From NCBI GenBank assembly GCA_964016885.1, contig OZ024743.1, positions 170,996,001 through 171,060,000 of the forward strand: a stretch of 64,000 nt of DNA. Reading direction: 5' to 3'. The position numbers were made by a program, and so were the translations under genes. Of this stretch, positions 14,501-29,547 are shown piece by piece (position 1 is the first letter of the stretch; each line of letters begins with the position of its first letter). The notes beneath the pieces were generated by a model. It was not told where the DNA came from. It did no database searches and worked only from the letters and a program-made list of their open reading frames with translations. The stretch is from Eledone cirrhosa (Eukaryota).

Positions 14501-17500
14501 ACCACTGTATCAACACCACAGTCATAAGACCACTGTATCAACACCATAGTCACAACTACTGTATGACCACTGTATCAACAGCATAGTCATAACTATTGTA
14601 AGACCACTGTATCAACACCACAGTCACAACTACAGTAAGACCACTTTATCAACACCATAGTCACAACTACTGTAAGACCACTGTATCAACTCCATAGTCA
14701 CAACTACTGTAAGACCACTGTATCAACACCATAGTCACAACTACTGTAAGAAAACTGTATCAACACCACAGTCATAACTACTGTAAGACCACTGTATCAA
14801 CACCACAGTCACAACTACTGTAAGAACACTGTATCAACACCGCAGCCACACCTACTGTCAGACCACTGTATCAACATCACAGCCACAAGAACTATAAGAC
14901 CACTGTATCAACACCACAGCCAGAACTACTGTAAGACCACTGTATCAACTCCATAGTCACAACTACTGTAAGACCACTGTATCAACACCATAGTCACAAC
15001 TACTGTATAAACACTGTATCAACACCACAGTCATAACTACTGTAAGACCACTGTATCAACACCATAGTCACAACTACTGTAAGACCACTGTATCAACACC
15101 ATAGTCACAATGTCTGTAATACGACAGTATCAACACCATAGTCACAACTATTGTAAGACCACTGTATCAACACCACAGTCACAACTACTGTAAGACCACT
15201 CTATCAACACCATAGTCACAACTACTGTAAGACCACTGTATCAACACCACAGTCACAACTACTGTAAGCCCACTGTATCAACACCATAGTCATAACTAGT
15301 GTAAGACCACTGTATCTACACCATAGTCACAACTACTGTAAGACCACTGTATCAACACCACACTCACAACTACTGTAAGACCACTGTATCAACACCACAG
15401 TCACAACTACTGTAAAACCACTGTATCAACACCACAGCCACAACTACTGTAAGACCACTGTATCAACATCACAGCCACAACAACTATAAGATCACCGTAT
15501 CAACACCACAGCCACAACTACTGTAAGACCACTGTATCAACACCATAATCACAACTACTATAAGCCCACTGTATCAACACCATAGTCACAACGTCTGTAA
15601 TACGACAGTATCAACACCATAGTCACAAATATTGTAAGACCACTGTATCAACACCACAGTCACAACTACTGTAAGACCACTGTATCAACACCACAGTCAT
15701 AACTACTGTAAGACCACTGTATCCACACCATAGTCACAACTACTGTAAGACCACTGTATCAACACCATAGTCATAACGTCTGTAATACGACAGTATCAAC
15801 ACCATAGTCACAACTATTGTAAGACCACTGTATCAACACCACAGTCATAACTACTTTAAGACCACTGTATCCACACAGTAGTCACATCTACTGTAAGACC
15901 ACTGTATCAACACTATAGTCACAACTACTGTAAGAGCACTGTATCAACACCACAGTCACAACTACTGTAAGACCACTGTATCAACACCATAGTCACAACT
16001 ACTGTAAGACCACTGTATCAACACCACAGTCACAACTACTGTAAGCCCACTGTATCAACACCCTAGTCATAACTAGTGTAAGACCACTGTATCAACACCA
16101 TAGTCACAACTACTGTAAGACCACTGTATCAACACCATAGTCATAACTACCGTAAGACCACTGTATCAACACCACAGTCATAAGACCACTGTATCAACAC
16201 CATATTCACAACTACTGTAAGACCACTGTATCAACACCATAGTCACAACTACTGTAAGACCACTGTATCAACACCATATTCATAACTACCGTAAGACCAC
16301 TGTATCAAGGCCATAGTTATACGACTACTGTATCAACACAACAGCCACAACTACTGTAAGACCACTGTATCAACACCACAGTCACAACTACTGTAAGACA
16401 ACTGTATCAACACCACAGTCACAACTACTGTAAGACCACTGTATCAACACCACAGCCACAACTACTGTAAGACCACTGTATCAACACCATAATCACAACT
16501 ACTGTAAGACCATGGTATCAACACCGTAGTCAGAACTACTGTAAGACCACTGTATTAACACCACAGTCACAACGTCTGTAAGACCACTGAATCAACACCA
16601 TAGTCACAACTACTGTAAGACCACCGTATCAACAACACTGTCACAACTACTCTAAGACCACTGTATCAACACCACAGTCACAACTACTGTAAGACCACTG
16701 TATCAACACCACAGTCACAACTACTGTAAGACCACTGTATCAATACCACACTCACAACTACTGTAAGACCACTGTATCTACACCACAATCACAACTACTG
16801 TAAGAACACTGTATCAACACCATAGTCACACCTACTGTAGGACCACTGTATCAACACCACAGACACAACGTCTGTAAGACCACTAAATCAACACCATAGT
16901 CACAACTACTGTCAGACAACTGTATCAACAACACAGTCACAACTACTCTAAGACCACTGTATCAACACCACAGTCACAACTACTGTAAGACCACTGTATC
17001 AACACCACAGTCATAAACTACTGTAAGACCACTGTATCCACACCATAGTTACAACTACTGTAAGACCACTATATCAACACCAGTATCACAACTACTGTAA
17101 GACAACTGTATCAACACCACAGTCACAACTACTGTAAGACGACTGTATCAACACCACAATCACAACTACTGTAAGACCACTGTCTCAACACCATAGTCAC
17201 AACCACTGTAAGACAACTGTATCAACAACACAGTCACAACTACTCTAAGACCACTGTATCAACACCACCGTCACAACTACTGTAAGCCCAGTGTATCAAC
17301 ACCATAGTAATAACTACTGTAAGACCACTGTATCAACACCATAGTCATAACTTCCGTGAGACCACTGTATCAACACCGTAGTCATAAGACCACTGTATCA
17401 ACACCATAGTCACAACTACTGTAAGACCATTGTATCAACACCACAGTCACAACTACTGTAAGACCACTGTATCAACACCACACTCACAACTACTGTAAGA

Positions 17501-19889
17501 CCACTGTATCAACACCACAATCACAACTACTGTAAGACCACTGTATCAACACCACAGTCACAACTACTGTAAGCCCACTGTATCAACACCCTAGTCATAA
17601 CTAGTGTAAGACCACTCTATCAACACCATAGTCACAACTATTGTAAGACCAGTGTATCAACACCATAGTCATAACTACCGTAAGACCACTGTATCAACAT
17701 CACAGTCATAAGACCATTGTATCAACACCACAGTCACAACTACTGTAAGACAACTGTATCAACACCACAGTCACAACTACTGTAATACCACTGTATCAAC
17801 ACCACAGCCACAACTACTGTAAGACCACTGTATCAACACCATAATCACAACTACTGTAAGACCACGGTATCAACACCGTAGTCAGAACTACTGTAAGACC
17901 ACTGTATCAACACCACAGTCACAACGTCTGTAAGACCACTGAATCAACACCATAGTCACAACCACTGTAAGACCACTGTATCAACAACACAGTCACAACT
18001 ACTCTAAGACCACTGTATCAACACCACAGTCACAACTACTGTAAGACCACTGTATCAACACCACAGTCATAACTACTGTAAGACCACTGTATCCACACCA
18101 TAGTCACAACTACTGTAAGACCACTATATCAACACCAGAGTCACAATTACTGTAAGACAACTGTATCAACACCACAGTCACAACTACTGTAAGACCACTG
18201 TATCAACACCACACTCACAACTACTGTAAGACCACTGTATCAACACCACAATCATAACTACTGTAAGACCACTGTCTCAACACCATAGTCACAACTACTG
18301 TAAGACAACTGTATCAACAACACAGTCACAACTACTCTAAGACCACTGTATCAACACCACAGTCACAAATACTGTAAGCCCACTGTATCAACAGCATAGT
18401 CATAACTACTGTAAGACCAGTCTATCAACACCATAGTCATAACTACCGTAAGACCACTGTATCAACACCATAGTCATAAGACCACTGTATCAACACCATG
18501 GTCACAACTACTGTAAGACCACTGTATCAACACCATAGTCACAACTACTGTTAGACCACTGTATCAACACCACAATCACAACTACTGTAAGACCATTGTA
18601 TCAACACCATAGTTACAACTACTGTAAGACAACTGTATCAACAACACAGTCACAACTACTCTAAGACCACTGTGTCAACACCACAGTCACAACTACTGTT
18701 AGCCCACTGTATCAACACCATAGTCATAACTACTCTAAGCCCACTGTATCAACACCATAGTCATAACTACTGTAAGACCACTGTATCAACACCATAGTCA
18801 TAACTACCGTAAGACCACTGTATCAACACCACAGTCATAAGACCACTGTATCAACACCATAGTCACAACTACTGTATGACCACTGTATCAACAGCATAGT
18901 CACAACTATTGTAAGACCACTGTATCAACACCACAGTCACAACTACAGTAAGACCACTTTATCAACACCATAGTCACAACTACTGTAAGACCACTGTATC
19001 AACTCCATAGTCACAACTACTGTAAGACCACTGTATCAACACCATAGTCACAACTACTGTAAGAAAACTGTATCAACACCACAGTCATAACTACTGTAAG
19101 ACCACTGTATCAACACCACAGTCACAACTACTGTAAGAACACTGTATCAACACCGCAGCCACAACTACTGTAAGACCACTGTATCAACATCACAGCCACA
19201 AGAACTATAAGACCACTGTATCAACACCACAGCCAGAACTACTGTAAGACCACTGTATCAACTCCATAGTCACAACTACTGTAAGACCACTGTATCAACA
19301 CCATAGTAACAACTACTGTAAGAACACTGTATCAACACCACAGTCATAACTACTGTAAGACCACTGTATCAACACCATAGTCACAACTACTGTAAGACCA
19401 CTGTATCAACACCATAGTCACAATGTCTGTAATACGACAGTATCAACACCATAGTCACAACTATTGTAAGACCACTGTATCAACACCACAGTCACAACTA
19501 CTGTAAGACCACTCTATCAACACCATAGTCACAACTACTGTAAGACCACTGTATCAACACCACAGTCACAACTACTGTAAGACCACTGTATCAACACCAC
19601 AGCCACAACTACTGTAAGACCACTGTATCAACATCACAGCCACAACAACTATAAGATCACCGTATCAACACCACAGCCACAACTACTGTAAGACCACTGT
19701 ATCAACACCATAATCACAACTACTATAAGCCCACTGTATCAACACCATAGTCACAACGTCTGTAATACGACAGTATCAACACCATAGTCACAAATATTGT
19801 AAGACCACTGTATCAACACCACAGTCACAACTACTGTAAGACCACTGTATCAACACCACAGTCATAACTACTGTAAGACCACTGTATCC

Positions 19890-21016
19890 ACACCATAGTC
19901 ACAACTACTGTAAGACCACTGTATCAACACCATAGTCATAACGTCTGTAATACGACAGTATCAACACCATAGTCACAACTATTGTAAGACCACTGTATCA
20001 ACACCACAGTCATAACTACTTTAAGACCACTGTATCCACACCGTAGTCACATCTACTGTAAGACCACTGTATCAACACTATAGTCACAACTACTGTAAGA
20101 GCACTGTATCAACACCACAGTCACAACTACTGTAAGACCACTGTATCAACAACACAGTCACAACTACTGTAAGCCCACTGTATCAACACCATAGTCATAA
20201 CTACTGTAAGACCACTGTATCAACACCATAGTCATAACTACCGTAAGACCCCTGTATCAACACCGTAGTCATAAGACCACTGTATCAAAACCATAGTCAC
20301 AACTACTGTAAGACCATTGTATCAACACCACAGTCACAACTACTGTAAGACCACTGTATCAACACCACACTCACAACTACTGTAAGACCACTGTATCAAC
20401 ACCACAATCACAACTACTGTAAGCCCACTGTATCAACACCATAGTCACAACTACTGTAAGACCACTGTATCAACACCATAGTCATAACGTCTGTAATACG
20501 ACAGTATCAACACCATAGTCACAACTATTGTAAGACCACTGTATCAACACCACAGTCATAACTACTTTAAGACCACTGTATCCACACCGTAGTCACATCT
20601 ACTGTAAGACCACTGTATCAACACTATAGTCACAACTACTGTAAGAGCACTGTATCAACACCACAGTCACAACTACTGTAAGACCACTGTATCAACAACA
20701 CAGTCACAACTACTGTAAGCCCACTGTATCAACACCATAGTCATAACTACTGTAAGACCACTGTATCAACACCATAGTCATAACTACCGTAAGACCCCTG
20801 TATCAACACCGTAGTCATAAGACCACTGTATCAAAACCATAGTCACAACTACTGTAAGACCATTGTATCAACACCACAGTCACAACTACTGTAAGACCAC
20901 TGTATCAACACCACACTCACAACTACTGTAAGACCACTGTATCAACACCACAATCACAACTACTGTAAGCCCACTGTATCAACACCATAGTCACAACTAC
21001 TGTAAGACCACTGTAT
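19890..21016. repeat. 546-bp tandem duplication (15 monomers, one of them a 28-mer); also present in copy B at about 36405-37531
   Basis: ccgtagtcacatct at 20041/20587 and cctgtatc at 20251/20797, offset 546 = 15x37-9. A single-copy relative lies at about 43830-44400. Confidence 0.88.
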
Positions 21017-23137
21017 CCACACCATAGTCATAACTACTGTAAGACCACTGTATCAACACCATAGTCACAACTACTGTAAGACCACTGTATCAACACCATA
21101 GTCATAACTACCGTAAGACCACTGTATCAACACCAAAGTCATAAGACCACTGTATCAAAACAATAGTCACGACTACTGTAAGACCACTGTATCAACACCA
21201 TAGTCAGAACTACTGTAAGACCACTGTATCAACACCATAGTCACAACTACTGTAAGACCACTGTATCAACACCATAGTCACAACTACTGTAAGAACACTG
21301 TATCAACACCACAGTCATAACTACTGTAAGACCACTGTATCAACACCACAGTCACAACTAGTGTAAGACCACTGTATCAACACCACAGTCACAACTACTG
21401 TAAGACCACGGTATCAACACCGTAGTCAGAACTACTGTAAGAACACTGTATCAACACCACAGTCACAACGTCTGTAAGACCACTGAATCAACAAAATAGT
21501 CACAACTACTGTAAGACCACTGTATCAACAACACAGTCACAACTACTCTAAGACCACTGTATCAACACCACAGTCACAACTACTGTAAGACCACTGTATC
21601 AACACCACAGTCATAACTACTGTAAGACCACTGTATCCACACCATAGTCACAACTACTGTAAGACCACTGTATCAACACCAGATTCACAACTACTGTAAG
21701 ACCACTGTATCAACACCACAGTCACAACTACTGTAAGACTACTGTATCAACACCACACTCACAACTACTCTAAGACCACTGTATCAACACGACAGTTACA
21801 ACTACTGTAAGCCCACCGTATCAACACCATAGTCATAACTACTGTAAGACCAGTGTATCAACACCATAGTCATAACTACCGTAAGACCACTGTATCAACA
21901 CCATAGTCATAAGACCACTGTATCAACACCATGGTCACAACTACTGTAAGACCACTGTATCAACACCACAGTCACAACTACTGTAAGACCACTGTATCAA
22001 CAGCATAGTCACAACTATTGTAAGACCACTGTATCAACACCACAGTCACAACTACAGTAAGACCACTTTATCAACACCATAGTCACAACTACTGTAAGAC
22101 AACTGTATCAACACCATAGTCACAACTACTGTAAGACCACTGTATCAACACCATAGTCACAACTACTGTAAGAACACTGTATCAACACCACAGTCATAAC
22201 TACTGTAAGACCACTGTATCAACACCACAGTCACAACTACTGTAAGACCACTGTATCAACACCACAGCCACAACTACTGTAAGACCACTGTATCAACATC
22301 ACAGCCACAACAACAATAAGATCACCGTATCAACACCACAGCCACAACTACTGTAAGACCACTGTATCAACACCATAATCACAACTACTATAAGCCCACT
22401 GTATCAACACCATAGTCACAACTACTGTAAAACCACTGTATCAACACCATAGTCACAACGTCTGTAATACGACAGTATCAACACCATAGTCACAAATATT
22501 GTAAGACCACTGTATCAACACCACAGTCACAACTACTGTAAGACCACTGTATCAACACCACAATCATAACTACTGTAAGACCATTGTATCCACACCATAG
22601 TCACAACTACTGTAAGACGACTGTATCAACACCATAGTCATAACGTCTGTAATACGACAGTATCAACACCATAGTCACAGCTATTGTAAGACCACTGTAT
22701 CAACACCACAGTCACAACTACTGTAAGACCACTGTATCAACACCACAGTCATAACTACTTTAAGACCACTGTATCCACACCATAGTCACATCTACTGTAA
22801 GACCACTGTATCAACACCATAGTCACAACTGACCACTGTATCAACAACACAGTCACAACTACTGTAAGCCCACTGTATCAACACCATAGTCACAACTACT
22901 GTAAGACCACTGTATCCACAACATAGTCATAACTACTGTAAGACCACTGTTTCAACACCATAGTCACAACTAGTGTAAGACCACTGTATCAACACCATAG
23001 TCATAACTACCGTAAGACCACTGTATCAACACCACAGTCATAAGACCACTGTATCAAAACAATAGTCACGACTACTGTAAGACCACTGTATCAACACCAT
23101 AGTCACAACTACTGTAAGACCACTGTATCAACACCAT

Positions 23138-26100
23138 AGTCACAACTACTGTAAGAACACTGTATCAACACCACAGTCATAACTACTGTAAGACCACTGT
23201 ATCAACACCACAGTCACAACTACTGTAAGACCAATGTATCAACACCACAGTCACAACTACTGTAAGACCACTGTATCGACACCATAATCACAACTACTGT
23301 AAGACCACGGTATCAACACCGTAGTCAGAACTACTGTAAGACCACTGTATCAACACCACAGTCACAACGTCTGTAAGACCACTGAATCAACACCATAGTC
23401 ACAACTACTGTAAGACCACTGTATGAACAACACAGTCACAACTACTCTAAGACCACTGTATCAACACCACAGTCACAACTACTGTAAGACCACTGTATCA
23501 ACACCACAGTCATAACTACTGTAAGACCACTGTATCCACACCATAGTCACAACTACTGTAAGACCACTGTATCAACACCAGATTCACAACTACTGTAAGA
23601 CCACTGTATCAACACCACAGTCACAACAACTGTAAGACCACTGTATCAACACCACACTCACAACTACTCTAAGACCAATGTATCAACACCACAGTCACAA
23701 CTACTGTAAGCCCACCGTATCAACACCATAGTCATAACTACTGTAAGACCAGTGTATCAACACCATAGTCATAACTACCGTAAGACCACTGCATCAACAC
23801 CATAGTCATAAGACCATTGTATCAACACCATGGTCACAACTACTGTAAGACCACTGTATCAACACCATAATCACAACTACTATAAGCCCACTGTATCAAC
23901 ACCATAGTCACAACTACTGTAAGACCACTGTATCAACAACATAGTCATAACGTCTGTAATACGACAGTATCAACACCATAGTCACAACTATTGTAAGACC
24001 ACTGTATCCACACCATAGTCACAACTACTGTAAGACCACTGTATCAACACCATAGTCATAACGTCTGTAATACGACAGTATCAACACCATAGTCACAACT
24101 ATTGTAAGACCACTGTATCAACACCACAGTCACAACTACTGTAAGACCACTGTATCAACACCACAGTCATAACTACTGTAAGACCACTGTATACACACCA
24201 TAGTCACATCTACTGTAAGACCACTGTATCAACACCACAGTCACAACTACTGTAAGACCACTGTATCAACAGCATAGTCACAACTATTGTAAGACCACTG
24301 TATCAACACCACAGTCACAACTACAGTAAGACCACTTTATCAACACCATAGTCACAACTACTGTAAGACAACTGGATCAACACCATTGTCACAACTACTG
24401 TAAGACCACTGTATCAACACCATAGTCACAACTACTGTAAGAAGACTGTATCAACCCCACAGTCATAACTACTGTAAGACCACTGTATCAACACCACAGT
24501 CACAACTACTGTAAGACCACTGTATCAACACCACAGCCACAACTACTGTAAGACCACTGTATCAACATCACAGCCACAACAACAATAAGATCACCGTATC
24601 AACACCACAGCCACAACTACTGTAAGACCACTGTATCAACACCATAATCACAACTACTATAAGCCCACTGTATCAACACCATAGTCACAACTACTGTAAA
24701 ACCACTGTATCAACACCATAGTCACAACGTCTGTAATACGACAGTATCAACACCATAGTCACAAATATTGTAAGACCACTGTATCAACACCACAGTCACA
24801 ACTACTGTAAGACCACTGTATCAACACCACAGTCATAACTACTGTAAGACCACTGTATCCACACCATAGTCACAACTACTGTAAGACCACTGTATCAACA
24901 CCATAGTCATAACGTCTGTAATACGACAGTATCAACACCATAGTCACAGCTATTGTAAGACCACTGTATCAACACCACAGTCACAACTACTGTAAGACCA
25001 CTGTATCAACACCACAGTCATAACTACTTTAAGACCACTGTATCCACACCATAGTCACATCTACTGTAAGACCACTGTATCAACACCATAGTCAGAACTA
25101 CTGTAAGAGCACTGTATCAACACCACAGTCACAACTACTGTAAGACCACTGTATCAACAACACAGTCACAACTACTCTAAGACCACTGTATCAACACCAC
25201 AGTCACAACTACTGTAAGACCACTGTATCAACACCACAGTCATAACTACTGTAAGACCACTGTATCAACACCGTAGTCATAAGACCACTGTATCAAAACC
25301 ATAGTCACAACTACTGTATGACCATTGTATCAACACCACAGTCACAACTACCGTAAGATGTAAGACCACTGTATCAACACCACACTCACAAATACTGTAA
25401 GACCACTGTATCAACACCACAATCACAACTACTGTAAGCCCACTGTATCAACACCATAATCACAACTACTGTAAGACCACTGTATCCACAACATAGTCAT
25501 AACTACTGTAAGAACACTGTATCAACACCACAGTCACAACTACTGTAAGACCAATGTATCAACACCACAGTCACAACTACTGTAAGAACACTGTATCAAC
25601 ACCACAGTCATAACTACTGTAAGACCACTGTATCAACACCACAGTCACAACTACTGTAAGACCAATGTATCAACACCACAGTCACAACTACTGTAAGACC
25701 ACTGTATCGACACCATAATCACAACTACTGTAAGACCACGGTATCAACACCGTAGTCAGAACTACTGTAAGACCACTGTATCAACACCACAGTCACAACG
25801 TCTGTAAGACCACTGAATCAACACCATAGTCACAACTACTGTAAGACCACTGTATGAACAACACAGTCACAACTACTCTAAGACCACTGTATCAACACCA
25901 CAGTCACAACTACTGTAAGACCACTGTATCAACACCACAGTCATAACTACTGTAAGACCACTGTATCCACACCATAGTCACAACTACTGTAAGACCACTG
26001 TATCAACACCAGATTCACAACTACTGTAAGACCACTGTATCAACACCACAGTCACAACAACTGTAAGACCACTGTATCAACACCACACTCACAACTACTC

Positions 26101-27944
26101 TAAGACCAATGTATCAACACCACAGTCACAACTACTGTAAGCCCACCGTATCAACACCATAGTCATAACTACTGTAAGACCAGTGTATCAACACCATAGT
26201 CATAACTACCGTAAGACCACTGCATCAACACCATAGTCATAAGACCATTGTATCAACACCATGGTCACAACTACTGTAAGACCACTGTATCAACACCATA
26301 ATCACAACTACTATAAGCCCACTGTATCAACACCATAGTCACAACTACTGTAAGACCACTGTATCAACAACATAGTCATAACGTCTGTAATACGACAGTA
26401 TCAACACCATAGTCACAACTATTGTAAGACCACTGTATCCACACCATAGTCACAACTACTGTAAGACCACTGTATCAACACCATAGTCATAACGTCTGTA
26501 ATACGACAGTATCAACACCATAGTCACAACTATTGTAAGACCACTGTATCAACACCACAGTCACAACTACTGTAAGACCACTGTATCAACACCACAGTCA
26601 TAACTACTGTAAGACCACTGTATACACACCATAGTCACATCTACTGTAAGACCACTGTATCAACACCACAGTCACAACTACTGTAAGACCACTGTATCAA
26701 CAGCATAGTCACAACTATTGTAAGACCACTGTATCAACACCACAGTCACAACTACAGTAAGACCACTTTATCAACACCATAGTCACAACTACTGTAAGAC
26801 AACTGGATCAACACCATTGTCACAACTACTGTAAGACCACTGTATCAACACCATAGTCACAACTACTGTAAGAAGACTGTATCAACCCCACAGTCATAAC
26901 TACTGTAAGACCACTGTATCAACACCACAGTCACAACTACTGTAAGACCACTGTATCAACACCACAGCCACAACTACTGTAAGACCACTGTATCAACATC
27001 ACAGCCACAACAACAATAAGATCACCGTATCAACACCACAGCCACAACTACTGTAAGACCACTGTATCAACACCATAATCACAACTACTATAAGCCCACT
27101 GTATCAACACCATAGTCACAACTACTGTAAAACCACTGTATCAACACCATAGTCACAACGTCTGTAATACGACAGTATCAACACCATAGTCACAAATATT
27201 GTAAGACCACTGTATCAACACCACAGTCACAACTACTGTAAGACCACTGTATCAACACCACAGTCATAACTACTGTAAGACCACTGTATCCACACCATAG
27301 TCACAACTACTGTAAGACCACTGTATCAACACCATAGTCATAACGTCTGTAATACGACAGTATCAACACCATAGTCACAGCTATTGTAAGACCACTGTAT
27401 CAACACCACAGTCACAACTACTGTAAGACCACTGTATCAACACCACAGTCATAACTACTTTAAGACCACTGTATCCACACCATAGTCACATCTACTGTAA
27501 GACCACTGTATCAACACCATAGTCAGAACTACTGTAAGAGCACTGTATCAACACCACAGTCACAACTACTGTAAGACCACTGTATCAACAACACAGTCAC
27601 AACTACTCTAAGACCACTGTATCAACACCACAGTCACAACTACTGTAAGACCACTGTATCAACACCACAGTCATAACTACTGTAAGACCACTGTATCAAC
27701 ACCGTAGTCATAAGACCACTGTATCAAAACCATAGTCACAACTACTGTATGACCATTGTATCAACACCACAGTCACAACTACCGTAAGATGTAAGACCAC
27801 TGTATCAACACCACACTCACAAATACTGTAAGACCACTGTATCAACACCACAATCACAACTACTGTAAGCCCACTGTATCAACACCATAATCACAACTAC
27901 TGTAAGACCACTGTATCCACAACATAGTCATAACTACTGTAAGA
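23138..27944. repeat. 2431-bp-period tandem duplication specific to copy A (23138-25513 repeated at 25569-27944)
   Basis: gtatgaacaa 23421/25852; gcatcaacac 23791/26222; actggatcaa 24371/26802; ccgtaagatgtaaga 25351/27782. All offsets are 2431. Confidence 0.9.
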
Positions 27945-29547
27945 CCACTGTTTCAACACCATAGTCACAACTAGTGTAAGACCACTGTATCAACACCATA
28001 GTCATAACTACCGTAAGACCACTGTATCAACACCACAGTCATAAGACCACTGTATCAAAACAATAGTCACGACTACTGTAAGACCACTGTATCAACACCA
28101 TAGTCACAACTACTGTAAGACCACTGTATCAACACCATAGTCACAACTACTGTAAGAACACTGTATCAACACCACAGTCATAACTACTGTAAGACCACTG
28201 TATCAACACCACAGTCACAACTACTGTAAGACCAATGTATCAACACCACAGTCACAACTACTGTAAGACCACTGTATCGACACCATAATCACAACTACTG
28301 TAAGACCACGGTATCAACACCGTAGTCAGAACTACTGTAAGACCACTGTATCAACACCACAGTCACAACGTCTGTAAGACCACTGAATCAACACCATAGT
28401 CACAACTACTGTAAGACCACTGTATGAACAACACAGTCACAACTACTCTAAGACCACTGTATCAACACCACAGTCACAACTACTGTAAGACCACTGTATC
28501 AACACCACAGTCATAACTACTGTAAGACCACTGTATCCACACCATAGTCACAACTACTGTAAGACCACTGTATCAACACCAGATTCACAACTACTGTAAG
28601 ACCACTGTATCAACACCACAGTCACAACTACTGTAAGACCACTGTATCAACACCACACTCACAACTACTCTAAGACCACTGTATCAACACCACAGTCACA
28701 ACTACTGTAAGCCCACCGTATCAACACCATAGTCATAACTACTGTAAGACCAGTGTATCAACACCATAGTCATAACTACCGTAAGACCACTGTATCAACA
28801 CCATAGTCATAAGACCATTGTATCAACACCATGGTCACAACTACTGTAAGACCACTGTATCAACACCATAATCACAACTACTATAAGCCCACTGTATCAA
28901 CACCATAGTCACAACTACTGTAAGACCACTGTATCAACAACATAGTCATAACGTCTGTAATACGACAGTATCAACACCATAGTCACAACTATTGTAAGAC
29001 CACTGTATCCACACCATAGTCACAACTACTGTAAGACCACTGTATCAACACCATAGTCATAACGTCTGTAATACGACAGTATCAACACCATAGTCACAAC
29101 TATTGTAAGACCACTGTATCAACACCACAGTCACAACTACTGTAAGACCACTGTATCAACACCACAGCCACAACTACTGTAAGACCACTGTATCAACACC
29201 ACAGTCACAACTACTGTAAGACCACTGTATCAACACCACAGCCACAACTACTGTAAGACCACTGTATCAACACCATAATCACAACTACTATAAGCCCACT
29301 GTATCAACACCACACTCACAACTACTGTAAGACCACTGTATCAACACCACACTCACAACTACTGTAAGACCACTGTATCAACACCACAGTCACAACTACT
29401 GTAAGACCACTGTATCAACACCACAGCCACAACTACTGTAAGACCACTGTATCAACACCATAATCACAACTACTATAAGCCCACTGTATCAACACCATAG
29501 TCACAACGTCTGTAATACGACAGTATCAACACCATAGTCACAAATAT

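Larger units (their letters stand above)
13033..29167. repeat. Copy A of a near-identical ~14-16 kb segmental duplication within the satellite
   Basis: Offset 16,515 to copy B at caactattct 13211/29726, accta 13471/29986, acgactac 16321/32836, gacagttac 21791/38306. The offset becomes 16,559 after a 44-bp deletion at 22830, and 14,128 after the extra 2431-bp block. Confidence 0.92.
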
